DNA of 62,100 nucleotides, filler included, from Globobulimina sp. (GCA_003354225.1; 26 parts of 26 records of this genome joined end to end with filler, not necessarily neighbours in it); one strand, 5' to 3'; numbered from the whole stretch's first letter, positions 23,935 through 35,897 are shown. The notes: generated by a model not told the origin, from the letters alone. Numbers and translations are program-made.

Positions 23935-26027
23935 ATCTCAATCAATGATTTCTGAGCCATGGCGTTTAGGCTCTCGACAGTCGCGGATTGGTTCACCATA
24001 AATAACTGTGACACGTCTAAACTATTCACCTCGTTCTCGTAATCTTCCTTTGCTTTATCTCGCTTGGAGATAACCTCTGATAATTCATCCAAAAACACCT
24101 TCAATTGCTCCGCCTCCTCATTGTCTTTGACCTCACTCACATTCGGCAATTCTGCCGCCAATTCCTGGCGCTCCTTATCTAAGCCGGCGAAGTTGCTCTC
24201 ATACTCTTTCATAGAGCTCTCGATCTTGCTGTTGGTCTCGATGGCCGTGGTCAAATGATTGGCAATCACGTCCACTTGCTGTCGATACTCTTTTTGCAAT
24301 TGCATGCTGTCCGTACGTTGCCACTTACTGCCCAATTTGGTGCGGATTTGGGTGTCAATGGACTGCTCACAATCTAAGGTCGCGATCACTTCGTCTTGCA
24401 ATATCTTCCATGATTCCACATTGATGGATTCTATCCGCGTAAGCAATATATTTAATTCCTTGATGCCGCCAATTTGTTTACATTCAGAGATGCGATCCCA
24501 CACTGCATCCGGTAATCCGGTCTGTGACTGCGCACAATCTGATTTTAAGTTTTTTGTTTTGTTGGCATTTTTTAAGTGGACTTTACTCAAAAATCATGGG
24601 AACAGCATGACATACCGACAGCAGCAGGCAAGCCAAGAGAGGCTAATATAGCACGCGCATTGTCATTGTTTTCATTGCATTGTACCTGCATAGTTTGTAT
24701 ATCCGCCGTCAAGTCAGCTTTTAATTGGTCCGCTTTCTTCGCAATATTCTTCGGTACCATATTCTTAAACGGATCTGCAACGGCATCAAACTTCGGTTTA
24801 TATTCCGTAATGCTGACATTTTGCCGCCCTGTGATGGATTTCATTGACACGACATTTGGTATGCGGTCATGATAAATATCATTATTGTCCTTGACTGCTT
24901 CTTTTAAGCGTGGCGCTAATTTACGTAACAACGATTTGCGATGGGTAGCTAAGGTAGGTATTAATTTATATTTGTTGCTCCCTAGCGACTGCAATATAGA
25001 ATTTGCAGATTTCAGCCATGCGATCTCTTTGCCATACACCCCTTCTTCGGCCAATTTGCTCACACGAATGGATTCATAAAAATGCGCAATTGCAGTGTAA
25101 TATTCTTGCTGCGCTTGGCAATGAGCGCGGAAGTTATATTGTCCCTTTTCGATCCATGATTTTAGTGCTCCCGTAATGTCAATGGAACTGACACACTGTG
25201 CATATCATCAATCAATGTATTTGTGTCAGTATGGGTATGCATGCGCAATTTCGCATGTTGTAAATGTAACAAACCTCTTGGAAGAATTCAGATGTTCCCA
25301 TGGCCAAAGCGGAGATCAATTTGGGTTTCATTTTCTTGCGTATTGCCTGTGTGTATAGCATATCGTGATAGGGGTTAATATATAATTGTATAGACGTAGA
25401 ATGTTATAATACCATTTCAGCGAAACATGCTTGTGCCTGAGCCAACATTAAGGCGGCTAAGAATCGGCAGGAATCCTTTTGTATATCCATGTTTTGTACG
25501 AATTGTATGGATTCAGAGGCCGCGTTTTGTGATAAATATTCGAATACGCCGCCAGATTCACGAAATAGTTTGCAAGCATCTTTGAGGCCATCCTCGTCCT
25601 GCTCCGATAACTTGACCGCATGTAACGAGATTAAGGCGCCTAAATTAAACATAATAGCAAATTTTTCCAATTTGATATCCATGGATTGTTCGATTTTGGT
25701 GTGTCTGTAGGAATCGACCCATTTGAACCAGACTTCGACTTTGGAGGCTTTGGAGAAGACGCCTCTGCCAGATTTGCCCCATGAAAATCGCTTTTCTAAC
25801 ATACATACGTATGCCAAATATTTCTCATGCTTTCCGATGGCTGACACTGGAGATACATTTTTGTCGTCCACATTGCACGAATCTCGAAATTGTTGAATTT
25901 CTTTAATGGTTCCCATCTTTTCCTTCTCTTTGTCTTTGCCGTAAGCATCACGTATGTACACTTGTAATGCCTTCACCAAATTTATTTGTTTATTGTCGAA
26001 TGTTTTCTTTAGAAAAGCTGATATCAT
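23935..26027 (-). CDS. ALIX/BRO1-family ESCRT-associated protein, 3'-partial, at least 4 exons
   Basis: BRO1 motifs (FKWVDSY, EKFAIMFNLGAL, LMLAQAQACF, YGKEIAWL, KDNNDIYHDRIP) followed by a V-domain (ILASLGLPAAV, QIGGIKEL, KWQRTDS). GT-AG introns are present. Confidence 0.92.
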
Positions 26028-26327
26028 TTTATAGGCGATGGACTATGCTGAGAACTGAGGACTAGAGTTTTTCAGGATGTTTGATTATAAAATATGCATT
26101 TTTACGATAAAGAAAAAATGCCTAAGAGCATCCGGTCTTCAGCGTCAGATTTTTATTGGGGTAAGGTGTAAGCAAACCGTTTCTGGTGACTGATAAAGGC
26201 AAAAATAATATAGGTTTGCCTTCGTTTNNNNNNNNNNNNNNNNNNNNNNNNNNNNNNNNNNNNNNNNNNNNTTAATTAATTAANNNNNNNNNNNNNNNNN
26301 NNNNNNNNNNNNNNNNNNNNNNNNNNN

Positions 26328-28464
26328 CCATTGGTGCGCCTATATGTATGTGTATGTGGGTATAGATATAATTTATGTAACATATATTATTTGCACTGTG
26401 TACTTAACCTGGCAATGGTGCTGCCATCGGCGCAGAACCTGGAATTGGAGCAGCCATCGGTGCAGAACCTGGAATTGGTGCAGCCATAGGCGCTGAACCG
26501 GGCAATGGTGCTGCCATCGGCGCAGAACCTGGAATTGGGGCTGCCATCGGCGCAGAACCTGGAATTGGAGCTGCCATCGGAGCAGAACCTGGAATTGGAG
26601 CTGCCATTGGCGCAGAACCTGGCAATGGTGCCGGCATTGGGGCAGCTCCAGGCAACGGAGCTGCGAATAGATTGTTAGTTGACTTTTTCGATTTGTTAGG
26701 CAACGGAGCAGCGAATACATTTGTAGTCGACTTTTTCGATAAATTAGGAACCGGCACAGATGCACGCGATTTTACCGCTTGAGTCTTTGACATTATATCC
26801 AATTTACCCTGCAATTTTTTATTTTTTTCCTTCAATTTATTGATGGTCTTCTTCAATTCATCAGATTTATTATCTTGTCTTTTCTCCTCTCTCTCCTCCA
26901 GTTGCTCCGGTTTATTATACTGTTGTTGTAACTGTTGGAAATTCATCGATCTGTTCAACATCGTCAATATAATATCATCAAACTTCAACTGCTCATCAAT
27001 CGCTTCCTTCTCATCATTCTCATTCAATTGCCGCCTAATCTCCGTCGCTTGGGACGACAAATCATGCGACATCCGCCTCACTGTCCGCTGAAACGCCTGC
27101 GTCTTCCGATCCAATTCCTGCTGTTTCTTGGCCATCTCCGCATTCTTAATATTAATCTCATACTTTTTATTCATAATTTGTTTCTTCTCCCTCCGCAGCC
27201 GTACCTTATCCTTATACAGATCCTTCATTTGCGTCATCAATCCTTGTTCCTTATTCTCCAAATCATTCAACACCGAATCCTTCTCACTCAACTCAGTAAT
27301 CACTTTGTTATATTGCTCGTCCTTCACTTTCAGCTCATTATCGTAGCCATCCTTCATATCCTCGAATTTCTCCAACTTCTCCAACTTTTCCTCGATAATA
27401 ATCGCCTGTTTGGCTGCTTGTTCCTTCTCCAAATCAAACAACTTCTTTTCAATCACAATGCGCTCCGTCTCCTGCAACAATCGACTTTGGTCGCCGGCCA
27501 ACAATTGTTTCTGTGCGGCGATCGCTGTTTGAATAGTATCAATCTCATTATTCAAATCCTTCTGTCGCTGCTGTTGCTTACTTAATACAATTTGCTGTAG
27601 CTCCTGTTTCCGCTGTTCGTGGCGTATCATTTCTTCAGTTTGCACCAATTTTATCTTTTGCTGCTGGGTCTTCGCCGCAGTTTGGTTCAATCTGCGCTTC
27701 GTATCCATCATATCGAGTTTGTTCTTATTCAGCTCGGCGTCCATCATTCTTTTCTGCGATTCCAAGTCCTTTCGTAACATTCCAATCTGCTCATTTTGCT
27801 GTTGCAGAGCCTTTCTTTCCGATAGCAAAGCTTCCTTTTCTTTGGAAAATTGATTTTGTTCTCGTTCAAACTTTTCGCGCAGAATGCTTTGTTCCCGCTC
27901 GTTTTTAACACGATGCGATTCAATCTCTTGTTGCATTTTCGCCACTGTGTCCTTTTCATTTTGCAGTTGTTTCTTGATTTCTTGCTCAATCTTGCGTCGT
28001 TGTGCGGGCTGTAATTGTTTCAACGCGACTGAGACAGCGGCGGAGAGTTTAATTTTATTCAATTTCGCCGCTTTTACCGCGTACGCTAAGGAAGTGCGAG
28101 GAAGTCTGGCTTTGTAGTCTTTGTCTTTTTTGTGACGACTTTTTTTTCTGTCTTTGATTTCGTCCGCTTTGCCTGTTTTTAAATTAGTAGCGGCTTTTTT
28201 CATTTGCAATTTGGCCTTTTCCAGTTTTTGTTGCCGTGATGATAAGCGTTTGTTGCTTTTTTTGTCTTTGCGGACTTTTTTGGTTTTGCGTTGTTTTGTT
28301 TCTCGCAACACTTGTTTGGCGGATTTGGATTTCTTGCGGATCCGATTCGGATGTTTGTCTCTGACACGTTTAAGACTTTGTCGCTTGTCGGTTTTGTCCA
28401 ATTTTCTGGAGGATTTGGTGCGGTTTTTGGAGCCGCTACCAGTGCCTTCGTTTTCATGCGACTC
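26328..28464 (-). CDS. Coiled-coil protein with a Pro-rich (FH1-like) repeat tail, partial
   Basis: K/Q/E-rich coiled coil followed by APMAAPIPGS repeats. The repeat resumes after an intron near 26341-26407. Confidence 0.7.
26404..26655 (-). repeat. Coding 30-bp tandem repeat encoding APMAAP(I/L)PGS, ~8 copies
   Basis: Directly visible, with synonymous variation between units. Confidence 0.9.
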
Positions 28465-28467
28465 TTA

Positions 28468-28619
28468 GGGCTGAATGCGACCATTGGGATCGCAGCGGCG
28501 TTCAACATCGGGATCGCCGCCCGGTGCAACGGCGTCGGCGATACGCCGGCGCACTACATGGCTGCCCACACCTCCCCGGTCTACGTCCAGTGCGGCCACG
28601 GGGTGCCCTTCGACGGCCC
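28468..28619 (+). other. High-GC, bacterial-like fragment joined to a eukaryotic contig
   Basis: Abrupt switch to GC-rich sequence encoding IAARCNG...MAAHTSPVYVQCG. The eukaryotic minus-strand frame is closed by a TAA at the junction (28465-28467). Confidence 0.6.
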
Positions 28620-28719
28620 NNNNNNNNNNNNNNNNNNNNNNNNNNNNNNNNNNNNNNNNNNNNTTAATTAATTAANNNNNNNNNNNNNNNNNNNNNNNNN
28701 NNNNNNNNNNNNNNNNNNN

Positions 28720-31011
28720 CTTTTATCCATATTTTGTTTATAATGTTTTTTAAATAATTGATATGCAGATTTATATGCAAATAATGCCAAATGATCAACA
28801 CAAAATGATTTAGTTAACATCCATTTATTTTCTTTTTCATTTTTATATTTGTATGGAATAAATTCGACTTCAATATGTTTTATATTATTTATATTACTTT
28901 CAACATTGCAGATTAAACTATCATTTTTAGTCACCGTCACACAAAATTCATTTTGTAATTCTACATCAATCCCATTTTGAGATAATATGGCATCTAACAT
29001 TTCTGCTCTATGTCGATCAATACTTTTATGATGACGACCTGCTCCGACTTGAACCATTTCAATTATTGGATGTTTACCAATTTTATTTGGTTTATCTAAG
29101 TTTAATTCATTCTGTACACTCCATCCGGTATTATTCACATTTAATCCATATTTGACTAATAATTGTATTGATTTATAATCATATTTTTTAATCGCATGAA
29201 TTAATATTACACCACGTTTATCCTGGCGATTGATATCGATTTTATTGGCAATTAATAATTGCAATAACTCAATGCGCACATTTTCATTTTCAATATTTAA
29301 TACATCATAGATTGGTTGATACACTTTATTTAAATATCTTTTATATTTATTTAAATCTACTTTGCCGTTTTTTAATAACATTTTACAAATTCTTAATGAA
29401 ATTGGCTCTGTTCCATTATCAAATAACTTTTGTGAGGACGGTAATTTTACTGTTTCTAAAATTATTTTCTCATTAATTTCAATTTTACATCTGTTGTATG
29501 ATAACACTTTGTTCAATATTTTCTCAGAAATTAATGATATGTTTAATACCCGACCTCGGTATAATTTCTTTTTGTGGCTAATAACTCTCTCATCTCTGCC
29601 TTTATACTCATTGCAAACTGCATTCATTTGATTAACTAATGCATTTTGCATTGATTCACATTCTTTTGCAATTAAATCGATAATAAATTCAACGATAGAT
29701 TTTGCATTTGCATTTTTTGGATTATCCACCATATTTAAATCAATATTTTCTGCACATTGTAATATTAAACATATTAATTGATAGCCAATACAATTTTCTT
29801 CATTCCCGGCATCTTTTACATATTTTTTTTCAAATCGTTGAGTGTCAAATATTTCATCATCATGGCATTGTTTTATTATTTGAATTATGGCTGGAATTTC
29901 TCGCCAAACTTTTAATTTTGCACCTTTTTCAATTAATAATTTAATAACTTTATATTTTGTTGATTCAATTGGATTAAATGCAAATTGTTTATTTTCTGCG
30001 TATTCACATTCAAATTCTTGAATTGCTGTTGTTAAATAAGACTTTCTTCGAATTTTAATTTTCCGTTTTTTCGTTTTTGTTTTGTTATCTCCGTCTTCAA
30101 ATTGTTTATATTCTTCATCTTCGTCTTGATCCATCTCAATGATCTCATTATTGTCATCTTGAATGAATGAGTCCATCTCATCACCATCATCATGGTAATC
30201 ATCATCATCATCACTTGAATTTTCAGAGAATGAATCCTCAGATAATGAATCCGCATCATCTTTATGTTTAATTCTTGATTTTTTATCTTTTTTATCTTTG
30301 TCCTCATAAATGATTAATTCTTTATTGACATCGGCTTTTTTTAAAATGGGCGTTAATATTTGTATGGTGTTAGTTGGTGGATCTCGTAAAACCAAAGAGA
30401 TGACAGTTTGTGCGTTCTCATTCATTGTATTTGGATCACATCCCATTTCAATCAAAGTTTTAATTATTTCGACAGATCCATAATTTACGTCATATCCATT
30501 TGTGTCTTGATAACATTGTGCTTTCACCGCATAAAACAATGCATTCATACCACGACCACCGCCACTAAATACATCCAGTGCTTTTGATGAATTATTGTCA
30601 TATTTTAGTAATTGATGGCTTAATAATTTAATTGTTTCCAATCTATTCTCTCGAAATTGCCTTTGTTTTATAGTTTCACCGACGCAGTTTCGTTCTTTCT
30701 CCTCTTCTTCTTCTTGCTTCTTTTTTTTTAATTTTTCTTCCTCGTCTTCAGACTCTTCATCATTAGAGGACGAATCTGACGATTTATCAAAATCTAAATC
30801 AATTTTTTGATCAAAGGTTGAACCGACAAAGCCACCGATATTTGCACCGTGTTGCATTCTTAATTTTTCTTTGCGTTTCTTTTGTTGTTGCTGTTGTTGT
30901 TTTTTTTTCTTTCTTTTTTCTTTTGGTTTTTGTGGTGTTTTTTGTGGCGGAACTAATTGAATGGCCATCATTAACGGAGTTAGCCATTCATCGCGGATTG
31001 ACGTATTCACA
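28720..31011 (-). CDS. Ankyrin-repeat protein with acidic and basic low-complexity inserts, internal fragment
   Basis: TPLMMAI, GMNALFYAV, IIKTLIEMGCDPN, LLIEKGAK, LLIANKIDIN, LLVKYGLNVN. Confidence 0.85.
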
Positions 31012-31112
31012 NNNNNNNNNNNNNNNNNNNNNNNNNNNNNNNNNNNNNNNNNNNNTTAATTAATTAANNNNNNNNNNNNNNNNNNNNNNNNNNNNNNNNN
31101 NNNNNNNNNNNA

Positions 31113-32048
31113 TGTCTTGAAATCCTGAAAGATTTCATCTTAATCACGTGGTCCATAGCATTACTCGCCGAAATACAGGACGAATTTTACAATGTTTTAA
31201 AGCTTGGTGCAACTGTCTATGTCTCAAATGATGAAAATTACTTTGGCCCAGTTCAAATATTATGCATGCATTCAAACTCTAAGCAGATCTCAAATAACTG
31301 TGATGCGGCGCTACTAAGCCACTCACAAACCACTGCAATACAAAATTACTTCTCATTAAAATATTTGGAGGTGTTTCGAGGTGACATCGCAATCACTGTC
31401 GACGATATTATTGATGACCGGCATAATTTGTTTATTGTTTTGAGTATCTACATTGTGATCTGGTTTTGTCTAAGCTGCGCAGGGAAATTACAGGAAAATA
31501 CCCGAGATTATGATGGTTCTTATCCCCATTCGAGTTATTATTTTAGCATTTGTTACTTGGAGAACTCGCTTGCGACATTTAAGATGATGATGATTAATGT
31601 TTTCGCAGTCAGTGAGACCGTGGATGGCGTATTGTTGCTGGAATATATTCCGGGATTCAGTTTGATTGTGTTCATGGTGTTTAGTATTGTAATGGGCTGC
31701 TGTTTGGGTGCAATGCAAGAGATGTATACGAAACATGTATGGATGAAAAGTGCCTGCATTTGTGTTGTGATTGGGATATTAATTCTGTATTTCATGTTGT
31801 TTATATTTCCTTCATTTGGATTAAATGTTTATGCGTTACAGTTTTTATTTGAATTTACAGCTGTTTCCAATGGATTGTTGAGTGTGCACTTTGTAAACAG
31901 TGTGAATCTGTTGCGATCTTTTGCATTTTATATGGGATTTATTGGATGGTTTAAGACCGTTACACCGCTTATTTCAATGTGTGTTGCTAGGAAAAGAACA
32001 AAAAATGCTTTATTAGCTGGCTCACCACAGCCAACTTATACTCTTTGA
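31113..32048 (+). CDS. Uncharacterised multi-pass membrane protein, 5'-partial
   Basis: The frame is open from the contig start and contains ~5 TM helices. Confidence 0.6.
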   Translation, partial: CLEILKDFILITWSIALLAEIQDEFYNVLKLGATVYVSNDENYFGPVQILCMHSNSKQISNNCDAALLSHSQTTAIQNYFSLKYLEVFRGDIAITVDDIIDDRHNLFIVLSIYIVIWFCLSCAGKLQENTRDYDGSYPHSSYYFSICYLENSLATFKMMMINVFAVSETVDGVLLLEYIPGFSLIVFMVFSIVMGCCLGAMQEMYTKHVWMKSACICVVIGILILYFMLFIFPSFGLNVYALQFLFEFTAVSNGLLSVHFVNSVNLLRSFAFYMGFIGWFKTVTPLISMCVARKRTKNALLAGSPQPTYTL

Positions 32049-32295
32049 CTGAGTGTGAACTTTGAACTGATTATTTCGTTGTTTTTGTTATGAAATAACA
32101 ACACCTCTCAACTCAACAACACCTCTTTAAAACAAAACGACCAGGAACACGAGATGATAATTATCAGACACCGTTTTTTGACATATCCTCCAAGTCAGCA
32201 ATTACAATGGAACACTGAAACAGTACAAAGCTCAATTGCATAAAGTACATTGCCTTTGATACATTAGACATTCCAATTACCATTCCAGTTAACAG

Positions 32296-32571
32296 GAAAG
32301 CTGAAATTATTGGAAATTAATTAATGAATGTTACCATTTAAAATAAAGCATGTCATATTGCAAGCCTTCGATTAATATCTCAATTTTTATGGCATAATGC
32401 ATCTGACATTGCATCATTTGCATGTAACTCTTTTTCTTGCGTGCAAATATTATTATCCGTTATGGCTTGAATATGGATATTATTCAATAACAATATAAAT
32501 ATGACATGATATACGGTGTATACCTTCATTTCCAATAATAAATGCATTAATTTCCAATAATTTCAGCTTTC
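32296..32571. mobile_element. ~280-bp foldback/MITE-like element
   Basis: Perfect 26-bp inverted repeat gaaagctgaaattattggaaattaat (32296-32321 and 32546-32571), plus an inner 11-bp inverted repeat catgtcatatt. Confidence 0.65.
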
Positions 32572-32704
32572 ATGCATGTTAATATCCAAACAATAAACTA
32601 TTTAAATGATAACTGGGATGTACATATTTTCTAAAAATCCTCCTTTTGCACATTCAGACCATCTCAAATTAATTAAATACGTATACCGTACGTATAGCTG
32701 TAAA

Positions 32705-33403
32705 ATGAAGAACGTTTTACTAATTAGTGCAGGTTTGGCCGTCTTATTAATCGGTTACGTGATACAGAACCCTCCGTGGAACCTGTTGGAGTCCTTAAAC
32801 GAGAACCTTATTATCGGCAACATTGGCATCCAATTATCCGCCTTAGGCTTTTGTTTAACGAGCACCGATTTGATGGACTCGAGCGGCCACGTCGAAGAAG
32901 ACAATTATTCCAAACAAAGCATTTACAGCGTCCTTTACAGCTTATATGATTTCTTAGGTACAATGGAATCGGACCAGAATGTTTCGTATCGATTCACGTT
33001 CAATACATGGGGTATCGGCCCGAGTTTAGTTGACGAGAATGACCCCGAAAGGTTCGGCAAGACGGCCTATAAATCATTGATTTTATTTGACGAAGTTCAA
33101 AAAATGATTACTGAGAAGATATCGTTGGGTGAAACGTTAAAAATCTTAGAGGTTGGATGTGGTACCGGAGCCGGAGCCAATTTGCTCGTGCATGAGATGA
33201 TGGAATTAGGTGTGGCGGCCACTAAAATAAAATATACTGCGCTCGATATGCAATTGGCGGCGATTACGACTTGCAAAGCTCTCCATGAGTCCATATCGTT
33301 GGAGTGTGTGCAGGGCAATGGAATGAGTCTTACCTTTGAGACGAATGCCTTTGATATGATTATTATTTCAGAGACCCATATCGCTGAAATTGATATCGAT
33401 CCT
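32705..33403 (+). CDS. Class I SAM-dependent methyltransferase with an N-terminal anchor, 3'-partial
   Basis: Motif I ILEVGCGTGAGA, then YTALDM and QGNGMSLTFETNAFDMII. The likely start is the ATG at 32705, before a hydrophobic segment. Confidence 0.88.
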
Positions 33404-33568
33404 NNNNNNNNNNNNNNNNNNNNNNNNNNNNNNNNNNNNNNNNNNNNTTAATTAATTAANNNNNNNNNNNNNNNNNNNNNNNNNNNNNNNNNNNNNNNNN
33501 NNNGACTAGATCTAGAGAAATATATTTGCATACAAACCCCTTTAGAGATCATATACACTCCACCATAG

Positions 33569-34300
33569 GTTCCAAGCACTCGAACTCAAGGCGAATTCGA
33601 CCGGATAAATTCCAAAGGTCTAGTACCCAGAGTCGGAACACCGGAAAGTGTTTTTCGAGCGGAAAATGATGCCGACATTCAACAAAAAAGATGGAAATGG
33701 TATCAAGAGAATATTGAATTATTTAAATTAGTTTTGCAAAATAATGGTTATGATTTTGAAGATATTCAATGTTCAATCAGCGGCACAAAACCATTGGGAA
33801 TGAAAATGGAATTATTCACTGAATTTAAAAAAGAGTTGGTTACAACCATTAATTCTGCCAAACATCGAATCAGTAAAGAATTAGGAAAAGAGGTTAAATT
33901 TCGAGTGGTATTACAAGGATCTTACATTGTCGGTTACAGTGCCAACCCATTTAAAGGGGATCGCTATATTCCCACATATTTATTTGATGCAACCAAGAAA
34001 AGTGATTATGATTTTCGTTTATTTGCTGATGGCTTAGATGTTTATGTTGAAAAATTAAGAAATGATGGCGTTGATATCAAAGATTGGGGTTTTAAAAAAA
34101 AAGAAAATGCGCATATCATTTATCCGTATGGTAGTAGTATGGCTAAAATATTGCCAGAATGTGTGCCATTCATACAAAAGTTTGAAACAATGACTAAAAA
34201 ATTTAACAATGGGAAAGCAATTGGATTACAAATTTCTGTGTTTACAAAAAATATTGGCTTTGAACCTCTTCCATGGAATATAGAAATACCAATGCAATAA
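33569..34300 (+). CDS. Pol-beta-superfamily nucleotidyltransferase-like protein, last exon
   Basis: An AG acceptor at 33568 opens the frame. Motif VVLQGSYIVG...KSDYDFRLF (GS...DxD). Confidence 0.55.
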   Translation, partial: VPSTRTQGEFDRINSKGLVPRVGTPESVFRAENDADIQQKRWKWYQENIELFKLVLQNNGYDFEDIQCSISGTKPLGMKMELFTEFKKELVTTINSAKHRISKELGKEVKFRVVLQGSYIVGYSANPFKGDRYIPTYLFDATKKSDYDFRLFADGLDVYVEKLRNDGVDIKDWGFKKKENAHIIYPYGSSMAKILPECVPFIQKFETMTKKFNNGKAIGLQISVFTKNIGFEPLPWNIEIPMQ

Positions 34301-34459
34301 CTGTTTTTTTTAAATATGTTTACCATATAAAATTTGCATTAGTTTGTAAATTGTAATCTGAATTGATATCTGTATACATGCTGTGCAAGGATAGATAATT
34401 GAAGCTATGTTTTTCTATAAACGAGAACCAAAACTTTAATTTAAGCTACTTTTAATATA

Positions 34460-35647
34460 ATGGGTGTTCAACAGAGTTCAAAAGTGAAATCTGCCAACCA
34501 TAATAAACCAGAAACTGATTATAGTAAAGAAGTAGCGGCATATCAAAGAGCGGTTTATTACAATGGACAGCCTTCACATAATTATTTGACTCAATCACCT
34601 TCACATAATAATGAGTGCAAAAGGCATAATGATGATAGTAAATCAAAACATGAAATATTTGATTCAATCAACGTTAATATATTGCCTTTGTTTTGGACCG
34701 TAAATGTGAATACATTGTCAGACGAAGAATATTCTAATTTAGCATTAAATTTTTACCTCAATATTTATAATGCAATCCCGTCAGCAAAAGCATTATTTGT
34801 CTCCATTAAAAATGACATGCGCACTCAAAGTAGAATATTTTTCGGCATATTCGGTTGGCTCATTTCCACCATCAACAAAGACAACGCCTATCGTTCGGCA
34901 ATAAAAAAACTATCAAAATTAGGTAAAATGCATTGTAAAATGGGTATTACATTGGATTATTATCAAAAAATGGGAGGCGCTTTCCACAAAACCATGGCTG
35001 AACATTTCAAGGACGACTACAGTTTACGAGTTCGTTTTTGCTTCAATGCTTTGTATGAAACGGTTGTCACTATAATGTTGGCTCAAGATTTTGACTCAAA
35101 ATGCAAATCGCAACAAAAAAAAACCATGCAAGTAATTGTGCAGACGAATGAGTTAGAAAACTGTTTAAATGATCCCCATTCAATGGAATATTTAGAATTA
35201 TTCATGAAACAAAAGTTGTGTTCCGAATTAATTATGTTTTACAAGGATTATTTGCAATTTCAATCATTATTTGCTGCCGTTGCTGCCGTTGCTGTTGATG
35301 CAGACGCAGAGCGATTAAAATTAATCAAATTAAGAAATCGATTTGGAGAACGTATACAGACTTTATATATCAATCAAAATGCTGAACGAGAGGTAAATAT
35401 CGGTTATGTGGCCAGAGATGATTTTTTTTTAAAGTTAAAGTTAGGAAATAATAATTATTGTGAGACCATTTATGACGGCGTTTACGAAGAAATATTGGAA
35501 TTAATTCGAGCGTCCGTATTTCCTTTATTTCAACAAGAGATTAAGAAATTAATCACAACGAATACGTGTACTTCGCCGCGGCCGGTCCAATTGCAAACAA
35601 ATTGGAAGTATGTAACGGACAGATTAAATCACCAAACATTGTGTTAA
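34460..35647 (+). CDS. Globin-RGS fusion protein with a predicted N-myristoylation site
   Basis: N-terminus MGVQQS. Globin at aa ~70-207 (FY99 B10, P107, F113 CD1, Q123 E7, H158 F8 in KLGKMHCKMGI). RGS at aa ~232-360 (LENCLND...LELFMKQKLCSELIMFY...YINQNAEREVNI...VFPLF). Confidence 0.85.
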   Translation: MGVQQSSKVKSANHNKPETDYSKEVAAYQRAVYYNGQPSHNYLTQSPSHNNECKRHNDDSKSKHEIFDSINVNILPLFWTVNVNTLSDEEYSNLALNFYLNIYNAIPSAKALFVSIKNDMRTQSRIFFGIFGWLISTINKDNAYRSAIKKLSKLGKMHCKMGITLDYYQKMGGAFHKTMAEHFKDDYSLRVRFCFNALYETVVTIMLAQDFDSKCKSQQKKTMQVIVQTNELENCLNDPHSMEYLELFMKQKLCSELIMFYKDYLQFQSLFAAVAAVAVDADAERLKLIKLRNRFGERIQTLYINQNAEREVNIGYVARDDFFLKLKLGNNNYCETIYDGVYEEILELIRASVFPLFQQEIKKLITTNTCTSPRPVQLQTNWKYVTDRLNHQTLC

Positions 35648-35897
35648 ATTATGTATAAATAAGCTCAGTTGTATAGTGCCGCACGATGTTTTTCCCAAAA
35701 ATATCTTGCGCGATCTCACGGTTGACAAACAAAGTTTGCGACCTTATCGAAAGCTGAAAGTTTTCGAGTGAGGTTCTTCGGACAAACTTTTACATNNNNN
35801 NNNNNNNNNNNNNNNNNNNNNNNNNNNNNNNNNNNNNNNTTAATTAATTAANNNNNNNNNNNNNNNNNNNNNNNNNNNNNNNNNNNNNNNNNNNNTC

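Noticed and set aside
26935-27585. Long antisense ORFs (also 17668-18183, 21919-22506, 55729-56205, 60254-62072)
   Set aside because: They are shadows of biased coding sequence on the opposite strand.
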